A DNA stretch of 37,146 bases, taken from contig JAFYMH010000044.1 in the NCBI GenBank assembly GCA_017556685.1, positions 1 to 37,146 on the forward strand. Reading direction: 5' to 3'. The notes under the pieces were generated by a model. The model ran no database searches. It was not told where the DNA came from and worked only from the letters and a program-made list of their open reading frames with translations. Shown in pieces: positions 29,135-37,146 of this stretch; within the stretch, counting starts at the first letter, position 1; each line of letters begins with the position of its first letter. This DNA is from Clostridia bacterium. GTDB lineage: Bacteria; Bacillota; Clostridia; Oscillospirales; CAG-272. A program made the translations under genes and the position numbers.

Positions 29135-30190
29135 ATGGACGGATATCAGATCAGCCGGCGCAAGCAGCTTATTCTGAAGGCGATCATTGATGCGCACATT
29201 GCGTACGGCGAGCCGGTCGGCTCAAAGTACCTGGCGCAGGATCGGGAGCTTTCCTGCTCCTCGGCAACCATCCGAAACGAGATGGCGGAGCTTGAGGCGC
29301 TCGGCTTCCTTGAGCAGCCGCATACCTCGGCGGGGCGCGTCCCCTCGCAGCTTGGCTACCGCTTTTACGTCGATTCCCTGCTTTCGAACTACCGAAGGAC
29401 CTCCGAGGAGATCGGCGAGATCACGAGAAGCCTCGGACATAAGATAAGGGAGCTGAATCAGATCCTTGCGGAGGCATCGCGTCTTGCCTCAAGCATGACC
29501 AACTATACGGCGCTTTCGGTGCGCCCCCCGGCGTCCCGCGTGACCGCCGAGCGCTTTGAGGGGATCTACCTTGACGCAAGGAGCTTTCTTTTGGTTCTGA
29601 TGCTCCGCGGCGGTGCCGTCAAGACCAAGACGATCCGCGCCTCTTTTTCGGTAACGCCCGAGACGGTCGCTCGCCTGACCCGTTGCCTTAACGAGCATCT
29701 CGTCGGTTGCGAGGCGGATCAGATCTCCCTGCCCGTGATCCTTGAGATCGAGCGCCGCATGGGAGAGCTTGGTCCGATGGTGCATCCGATCGTGCGCGCC
29801 GTTTACGATATGATGACCGAGGACGACGCGGGGGATCTGCAGATCGAGGGCGTCAATCGCCTGCTTCAGTATCCCGAGTATGCCGATCGAGAGGAGCTTC
29901 GCTCTGTGATCGACCTGCTTGAGAAAAAGGGGCCGATCCTCGATATGGTCAATGCCAGCCGCGACAGCGACGGCGTCAACGTTTATATCGGAAGCGAGAA
30001 CAACGTCAAGGTCATGAACAACTCGACCCTCGTCTTCAAGACGATCCGAAGCCAGGGACGGGTGCTCGGTGCCATCGGCGTGATCGGGCCGAGACGAATG
30101 GATTACGCAAGGGTCATCTCAACGATTGATCGGCTTGCCAGCGGCATCGACCATCTGCTTTCGGATGACGGCGACCCAAAAAAAGAGTAA
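29135..30190 (+). CDS. hrcA: Heat-inducible transcription repressor HrcA
   Basis: EPVGSK, SSATIRNEMAELE, QPHTSAGRVPS..GYRFYVD, IGPRRMDY; ATG 29135 after SD ggagg. Confidence 0.96.
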   Translation: MDGYQISRRKQLILKAIIDAHIAYGEPVGSKYLAQDRELSCSSATIRNEMAELEALGFLEQPHTSAGRVPSQLGYRFYVDSLLSNYRRTSEEIGEITRSLGHKIRELNQILAEASRLASSMTNYTALSVRPPASRVTAERFEGIYLDARSFLLVLMLRGGAVKTKTIRASFSVTPETVARLTRCLNEHLVGCEADQISLPVILEIERRMGELGPMVHPIVRAVYDMMTEDDAGDLQIEGVNRLLQYPEYADREELRSVIDLLEKKGPILDMVNASRDSDGVNVYIGSENNVKVMNNSTLVFKTIRSQGRVLGAIGVIGPRRMDYARVISTIDRLASGIDHLLSDDGDPKKE

Positions 30191-30197
30191 TTAAAGG

Positions 30198-30773
30198 ATG
30201 AAAGAGCGAATGGAACAGAAGAACCCCCTTGACGAAGGCTGCGAGGCAGAGATCCCGACCGCCGAGGCAGAGGAGACAGTCTCTGGCGAGGAGCTTTCCG
30301 AAAAAGAGGAAAAGCGCGAGAGCGCAAGGCTTCGCAAGGAGCTTTCGGAAAAGGAAGCAGAGCTTGCCGAGGCAAAGGAGAAGCATCTGCGCATGGCGGC
30401 GGAGTACGACAACTACCGCAAGCGCAGTCAGAAGGAGCGCGACGGGATCTATACCGATGCCGTTTCGGACGTGATCGGTGCGATCCTTCCGATCGCGGAT
30501 AATCTCGAGCGCGCCGCACAGTATAAAGAGGAGCCTGAAAAGGTTGCCGAGGGACTCGGGCTTATCTCGAGATCTCTTTCAGAGCTGCTCTCGAAATTCG
30601 GCGTTGAGCCGTTTGCAGAGGCGGGCGACACCTTTGACCCCAATCTCCATAACGCGATCATGCACGTGGAGGACGAGGCGTACCGAGAGGGCGAGATCCT
30701 TGAGGTCTTTCAGCGCGGCTATCGCAAGGGCGACAGAATCGTTCGCTACGCGATGGTAAAGGTCGCAAACTAA
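30198..30773 (+). CDS. grpE: Nucleotide exchange factor GrpE
   Basis: AEYDNYRKR, DNLERA, FDPNLHNA, GY...DRIVRYAMVKV. Confidence 0.95.
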   Translation: MKERMEQKNPLDEGCEAEIPTAEAEETVSGEELSEKEEKRESARLRKELSEKEAELAEAKEKHLRMAAEYDNYRKRSQKERDGIYTDAVSDVIGAILPIADNLERAAQYKEEPEKVAEGLGLISRSLSELLSKFGVEPFAEAGDTFDPNLHNAIMHVEDEAYREGEILEVFQRGYRKGDRIVRYAMVKVAN

Positions 30774-30796
30774 AGAGAATATAATTTATCATATAA

Positions 30797-32632
<1,836 letters not shown>

Positions 32633-32647
32633 TTAAAGCAATCGTAG

Positions 32648-32680
32648 GTGCGCCCCGAGCCGATCGGTTTCGGGGCGCAC
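32648..32680. other. GC-rich intercistronic hairpin between dnaK and dnaJ
   Basis: gtgcgccccga...tcggggcgcac with no U tract. Confidence 0.7.
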
Positions 32681-32701
32681 GGTCAGGTTATAGGAGTCCT
32701 T

Positions 32702-33856
32702 ATGGCTGAAACGAAAAGAGACTATTACGAGGTACTCGGCGTGCCGAAAACGGCAACCGAGGCAGAGATCAAAAGCGCTTACCGCAAGCTTGCAAAGAAG
32801 TATCACCCGGACCTGAACCCGGGAAATGCAGAGGCGGAGCAGAAATTTAAGGAGATCAACGAGGCAAACAGCGTTCTCTCGGACGCCGAAAAGCGCGCGA
32901 AGTACGATCAGTACGGTCACGCCGCGTTCGATCCGTCTGCCGGCTTTGGCGGCGGAGGCGGCGGCTTTGGCGGCTTCGATATGGGCGACATCTTCTCCTC
33001 CTTCTTCGGAGGCGGCTTTGGCGGCGGATCGACCCGTCGGAGCAACGCGCCGATCGACGGAGACGATATTCTTTCGCGCGTAACCCTCACCTTTGAGGAG
33101 GCGGCGTTCGGAGTCAAGCGCGAGGTGTCCTTTAAGCGCATCGAGGCGTGCGGCGACTGTCACGGAAGCGGAGCCGCAGACGGCTCCTCTGTTGAGAGCT
33201 GCCCCACCTGTCGCGGCACCGGCCGCATCACCGTTCAGCAAAGAACGATGCTCGGCATGATGCAGACCCAGCAGAGCTGCTCGGCGTGCCGAGGAAGCGG
33301 AAAGCAGATCAAAAACCCCTGCAAGAACTGCAGTGGTAGCGGATACGTTCGCCTGAACAAGACCCTTGACGTCAAGATCCCTGCCGGAATCGACGACGGA
33401 CAGCGTATCGTGCTTCGCGGTCAGGGAAATGCAGGCAGAAACGGCGGTATGGCAGGCGACCTTGTGATCGAGGTGCGCGTTCACGAGCATTCCCTCTTTG
33501 AGAGGAACGGAAGCGATCTTTACTGCGAGATCCCGATCACGGTATGCGAGGCGGCTCTCGGAGCCGAGATCGAGGTGCCTACCCTGACCGGAAAGATCAA
33601 GCACACGATCCCCGAGGGGACTCAGACCGGCACGACCTTTACGGTGCGAGGCGAGGGGCTTCCCGGCGTTTCGAGCGGACGGAAAGGAAATCTCGTTTTC
33701 CGCGTCAACGTTGAAATCCCGAGAGATCTCACGCAAAAGCAGAAGGAGCTTCTCGAGGAGTTCGCAAAGAGCTGCGGAGAGAGCAACAACCGCAAGCGCA
33801 CCAGCTTTTTTAAGAAGTTTCTCAACAATCTGAAGGGCGACGGGAAAAAAGACTGA
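32702..33856 (+). CDS. dnaJ: Chaperone DnaJ
   Basis: [13 protein letters not shown] region, four CxxCxGxG repeats; ATG 32702 after SD aggag. Confidence 0.97.
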   Translation: MAETKRDYYEVLGVPKTATEAEIKSAYRKLAKKYHPDLNPGNAEAEQKFKEINEANSVLSDAEKRAKYDQYGHAAFDPSAGFGGGGGGFGGFDMGDIFSSFFGGGFGGGSTRRSNAPIDGDDILSRVTLTFEEAAFGVKREVSFKRIEACGDCHGSGAADGSSVESCPTCRGTGRITVQQRTMLGMMQTQQSCSACRGSGKQIKNPCKNCSGSGYVRLNKTLDVKIPAGIDDGQRIVLRGQGNAGRNGGMAGDLVIEVRVHEHSLFERNGSDLYCEIPITVCEAALGAEIEVPTLTGKIKHTIPEGTQTGTTFTVRGEGLPGVSSGRKGNLVFRVNVEIPRDLTQKQKELLEEFAKSCGESNNRKRTSFFKKFLNNLKGDGKKD

Positions 33857-33876
33857 GCCCACGCGTTTTGAAAAGC

Positions 33877-33921
33877 AAAAAGCCGAGATTGGCGGAGCGT
33901 TTCCGCGATCTCGGCTTTTTT
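33877..33921 (+). terminator. Intrinsic terminator of the dnaK operon
   Basis: aaaagccgagat...atctcggctttttt. Confidence 0.8.
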
Positions 33922-33957
33922 ACGCGCTTTTGGTGGGGAGAGTCGGGCACGGGAAAT

Positions 33958-33973
33958 TGTTTCACGTGAAACG
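33958..33973. other. parS site
   Basis: TGTTTCACGTGAAACG, 15/16 to the palindromic consensus. Confidence 0.9.
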
Positions 33974-34001
33974 ATTTCCCAAAAGGTTCACAAGCTTTTC
34001 C

Positions 34002-34031
34002 TTGACAAGGATGCGCCTTGCATTGTATAAT
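34002..34031 (+). promoter_or_regulatory. sigma-A promoter of parAB
   Basis: TTGACA - 18 nt - TATAAT. Confidence 0.75.
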
Positions 34032-34061
34032 GAAGGAGAAGAAAAGCGAAAGGAGAGGAAA

Positions 34062-34823
34062 ATGGCAAAGATAGTGGCATTTTCGAACCAGAAGGGTGGC
34101 GTTGGAAAAACGACCTCCTGCGTCAATCTTGCCGCCGCGATCGGGAAGAAGGGCAAGCGCGTGCTTCTGATCGATATGGATCCGCAGGGAAACGCGACAA
34201 CCGGCGTGAACGTCAGCAAACGGAACACGCCGCATAATATATACGAGGTGCTCGTCGGAGAATGTACCGCAAGCGAGGCGCTCGTTCGAACGAACTACCG
34301 CAATCTCTGGATCATCCCCTCAACCCTTGAGCTGGCGGGAGTAGAGTACGATCTGCACCAGATGGAGAGCCACGAGGCGAAGCTTAAGGAGATCCTCGAG
34401 CCGATCTCGGCGGAATTTGACTACATCTTTATCGACTGTCCTCCATCGCTCGGAATGATCACGGTCGCTTCCCTGACGGCGGCAGACGGCGTTGTGATCC
34501 CGATGCAATGCGAGTTTTTTGCAATGGAGGGCTTGACCCAGCTTCTGATGACGATCAGTAAGGTCAAAAAGCACTCGAACCCGCGCCTTGCGATCGTCGG
34601 CATTCTGCTTACGATGTACAACGGTCGCCTCACGCAAACCAAGCAGGTGGTGGACGACATTAAGCGCTACTACGCAGACAAGCTCTTTGCGACCCCGATC
34701 ACGCGTCAGGTGGTCCTTTCCGAGGCGCCGAGCTACGGAGAGCCGATCTGCTATCACGATCCCTACTCGAAGGCAACGCTCGAATATAACGACGTTGCCA
34801 AAGAGCTGATGCTGAGAATCTAA
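34062..34823 (+). CDS. parA: Chromosome partitioning ATPase ParA/Soj
   Basis: NQKGGVGKTT, IDMDPQGNAT, IDCPPSLG, QCEFFAMEG, LSEAPSYG; ATG 34062. Confidence 0.95.
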   Translation: MAKIVAFSNQKGGVGKTTSCVNLAAAIGKKGKRVLLIDMDPQGNATTGVNVSKRNTPHNIYEVLVGECTASEALVRTNYRNLWIIPSTLELAGVEYDLHQMESHEAKLKEILEPISAEFDYIFIDCPPSLGMITVASLTAADGVVIPMQCEFFAMEGLTQLLMTISKVKKHSNPRLAIVGILLTMYNGRLTQTKQVVDDIKRYYADKLFATPITRQVVLSEAPSYGEPICYHDPYSKATLEYNDVAKELMLRI

Positions 34824-34826
34824 GGG

Positions 34827-34842
34827 TGTTTCACGTGAAATA
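34827..34842. other. parS site
   Basis: TGTTTCACGTGAAATA, 15/16. Confidence 0.88.
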
Positions 34843-34853
34843 TCGAACGCGTC

Positions 34854-34869
34854 TGTTTCACGTGAAACA
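34854..34869. other. parS site
   Basis: TGTTTCACGTGAAACA, perfect palindrome. Confidence 0.95.
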
Positions 34870-34893
34870 ATCAAAACAAGGAGGATATAAGGA

Positions 34894-35775
34894 ATGGCAG
34901 CAAAGAAAAGCGGCCTCGGAAGGGGCCTTGACAGTCTGTTTCTCGATACGTTTGAGGATGAGAACCGTAAGGGCGGCGTGCAGGAGATCAAGATCTCTCT
35001 GATCGACCCGAAAAGCGGTCAGCCGAGAAAGGTGTTCGATTCGGAAGCGCTTGCGCAGCTTGCCGACTCGATCGCCGTGCACGGCGTGCTTCAGCCGATC
35101 CTTCTGCGCGAGATCGGCGGTGACCGCTATCAGATCATTGCGGGAGAGCGCAGATGGCGCGCCTCAAAGCTTGTGGGACTGACCGAGATCCCTGCGATCG
35201 TTCTTGATAAGGACGAGCTTGCGGCGGCTCAGATCGCGCTCGTTGAGAACGTTCAGAGAGAGAATCTGAACCCCATCGAGGAAGCGATGGCGTTCCGCTC
35301 GCTTGCAAACGAGTATGGAATGACCCAGGAGGAGCTTTCGCGGCAGGTCGGCAAGAGCCGAAGCGCGATTGCCAACGCCCTGAGATTGCTCGATCTGCCC
35401 GATGAGGTGCTAAAACTCGTTTCCGAGGGCGCCTTGAGCGCAGGACACGCGCGTACGCTCCTTGGACTTCGCGACAGAGAGCAGATTTTGCCGCTTGCAA
35501 AGCGCGCAATTGAGCTTGGTCTTTCGGTGCGTGAGCTTGAGGACGCCGTTAAGCGAGCCAACCGCCCGATTCGTGAGAAAACCGAGCCTGAGGCGACTTT
35601 TCAGGTAGATTACGTCGCAGAGCTTGAGCAGAAGATGATGCAGGGGCTCGGAAGAAAGGTAAAAATCACCTCCACCGGCTCCAAAAAGCTCGTTTCGCTC
35701 TATTTTGAGGACAACGAGGACCTCGAGGCGCTTCTTCGGAGCATTCTTGGTGACGAGTTCGTCGCTTCTCTCTGA
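34894..35775 (+). CDS. parB: Chromosome partitioning protein ParB/Spo0J
   Basis: GLGRGL ParA-activating peptide, QPRK.F, GERRWRA, ENVQRENL, SAGHAR. Confidence 0.95.
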   Translation: MAAKKSGLGRGLDSLFLDTFEDENRKGGVQEIKISLIDPKSGQPRKVFDSEALAQLADSIAVHGVLQPILLREIGGDRYQIIAGERRWRASKLVGLTEIPAIVLDKDELAAAQIALVENVQRENLNPIEEAMAFRSLANEYGMTQEELSRQVGKSRSAIANALRLLDLPDEVLKLVSEGALSAGHARTLLGLRDREQILPLAKRAIELGLSVRELEDAVKRANRPIREKTEPEATFQVDYVAELEQKMMQGLGRKVKITSTGSKKLVSLYFEDNEDLEALLRSILGDEFVASL

Positions 35776-35790
35776 TCTCGGGGGTAAATA

Positions 35791-36411
35791 ATGTCAAACC
35801 TTTCTTTTGACTCGTCTATATGGGCGGAGATCTGGGAATATTTGCTATTTCGGTATTTTAATCCTCCGCTTCCATATTTTGACAATTTGTCAAACCGTCT
35901 TGAGGCGTGGAGCGTTGTCATAGGCGTTGGGGCAGCCTTGATTGGGATCCTGCTTGCCGGGATTGCGTTCGTTGTCCTTCGTCGTCTCTTCGGCAAGCTT
36001 CCGCGCGCACTCATCGAGCGAGGGGCGACAAGCGAGGAAACGGCGATCCCATTAAGTCGGCTTGGTCTTGGTTTTACCTTCCTGCTTCGTCTTTCGCTTC
36101 GCCGCCCTACCTCCTCTCTGCGCCGATATATCCGCTACGTCGGGCAGGTTGACCGTACCTATGACGAGGTACGTGCGCTCGAGAAGGAGAAAAAGACGGC
36201 AAGACCGCCCGAGCCTGATTTCGGGTGCGTTCCGATCTATCTCGTCGAGGAGAGGCGAGAGGAGTGCCTCAGACGCTTTTCGCTTGAGGGGAGCGACGGA
36301 AAGGCGATCGCCTTTCTCGTTGCCGTATTTACGGTCCTGTTTTTCGTCATATGCCGCTTCCTTCCCGAGATCATGAGCGTGATTGACCGTCTTTACGGCT
36401 TTTACGCCTGA
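35791..36411 (+). CDS. Hypothetical membrane protein (two predicted TM helices)
   Basis: 206-aa ORF 15 nt after parB; hydrophobic segments near both ends. Confidence 0.7.
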   Translation: MSNLSFDSSIWAEIWEYLLFRYFNPPLPYFDNLSNRLEAWSVVIGVGAALIGILLAGIAFVVLRRLFGKLPRALIERGATSEETAIPLSRLGLGFTFLLRLSLRRPTSSLRRYIRYVGQVDRTYDEVRALEKEKKTARPPEPDFGCVPIYLVEERREECLRRFSLEGSDGKAIAFLVAVFTVLFFVICRFLPEIMSVIDRLYGFYA

Positions 36412-36448
36412 GCGAGCCGGTTTTTCTTGTTTCAAACGGTTTTTTTGA

Positions 36449-36487
36449 GCGCAGATCGGTAAATTTTCCGATCTGCGCCTGTTTTTT
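36449..36487 (+). terminator. Intrinsic terminator of the parAB operon
   Basis: gcgcagatcgg-taaatttt-ccgatctgcgc then ctgtttttt. Confidence 0.75.
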
Positions 36488-36530
36488 CGCAAATTCGGAG
36501 CTTCGTATGCATTGGGAGTATTTATTTTCC

Positions 36531-36593
36531 TTTTTGACGGTGAATGTAAATAAATGTATACAAATGTAAAGGAATGTTGAAACCTGTCAAAAA
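36531..36593. repeat. Four 10-bp-phased AATGT direct repeats bracketed by inverted repeats
   Basis: tgAATGTaaa taAATGTata caAATGTaaa ggAATGTtga between tttttgacgg and cctgtcaaaaa. Confidence 0.7.
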
Positions 36594-36608
36594 CGACCGA
36601 AAGCGAGC

Positions 36609-36646
36609 AAAAAGAAAGAGCGGCTTCGATTTGAAGCCGCTCTTTT
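36609..36646 (-). terminator. Intrinsic terminator of aspS (possibly bidirectional)
   Basis: aaagagcggcttc-gattt-gaagccgctcttt. Confidence 0.85.
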
Positions 36647-36659
36647 ATTAGGGGGGAGG

Positions 36660-37145
36660 TTATGATTTTTCGGGAATATCAATGGCGATCGAAAGCTCAG
36701 TAAGTGCCTTGGGATCGGCGGGGGCAGGGCACTGCGTCATCAGCTCAGAGGCGTTTTGCACCTTCGGGAAGGCGATAACGTCGCGGATGTCGGTGATGCC
36801 GAGCATATGAGCAACGAGACGGTCAAAGCCGAAGGCAAGGCCGCCGTGCGGCGGAACGCCGTACTTGAATGCGTCAAGCAGGAAGCCGAACTTTTCATGC
36901 GCCTCTTCGGGGGTCATGCCGAGGATCTCGAACATTTTTGCCTGGATCTCACCGCTGTGGATTCGGATCGAGCCGCCGCCGATCTCGGTGCCGTTTAGCA
37001 CAATATCGTACGCCTTTGCGCGAACCGAGCCGGGGTCGCTTTCCATGAGAGGCAGATCCTCGTCCATGGGGCTGGTGAAGGGGTGGTGCTTGGCGTAGAA
37101 GCGAGAGTCCTCATCGTCATACTCAAAGAGCGGGAATTCGGTGAC
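36660..37145 (-). CDS. aspS: Aspartyl-tRNA synthetase, C-terminal part (continues beyond the window)
   Basis: [51 protein letters not shown]. Confidence 0.96.
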   Translation of the reverse strand, partial: VTEFPLFEYDDEDSRFYAKHHPFTSPMDEDLPLMESDPGSVRAKAYDIVLNGTEIGGGSIRIHSGEIQAKMFEILGMTPEEAHEKFGFLLDAFKYGVPPHGGLAFGFDRLVAHMLGITDIRDVIAFPKVQNASELMTQCPAPADPKALTELSIAIDIPEKS

Positions 37146-37146
37146 C

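Noticed and set aside
36412-36659. 6S RNA downstream of aspS, as in B. subtilis
   Set aside because: No long rod with central bubble or recognisable 6S motifs; a terminator directly follows aspS

Overview
Chromosomal replication-origin region of a spore-forming Clostridia-class Firmicute (Oscillospirales-like by gene content; inference). Gene order: pyrR(-), spoVAC-spoVAD-spoVAE(+), GT2 glycosyltransferase(-), dnaA-[oriC]-dnaN-recF-remB-gyrB-gyrA, a lipoprotein, an XRE-HTH protein, a small membrane protein, rnj-galU-rimI-tsaD-rex-DnaD-domain-DnaC-like ATPase(+), dpaB-dpaA, a Gfo/Idh/MocA oxidoreductase, an ABC exporter, ymdB-rny(-), hrcA-grpE-dnaK-dnaJ with a perfect CIRCE, parA-parB with three parS sites, a membrane protein(+) and the 3' part of aspS(-). 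I see no rRNA, tRNA, CRISPR, transposase or prophage. The window is mostly housekeeping and I cannot demonstrate a new system. The best leads are: (i) a ~240-nt self-folding element downstream of pyrR; (ii) an orphan array of 10-bp-phased repeats bracketed by inverted repeats between convergent genes; (iii) an XRE-HTH protein ending in a membrane-targeting-like amphipathic helix, co-transcribed with gyrase; (iv) DnaA DNA-reading residues that differ from E. coli alongside oriC boxes ending in C and a polypyrimidine unwinding region; (v) apparent CGATCG over-representation. All coordinates, alignments and counts were made by eye.
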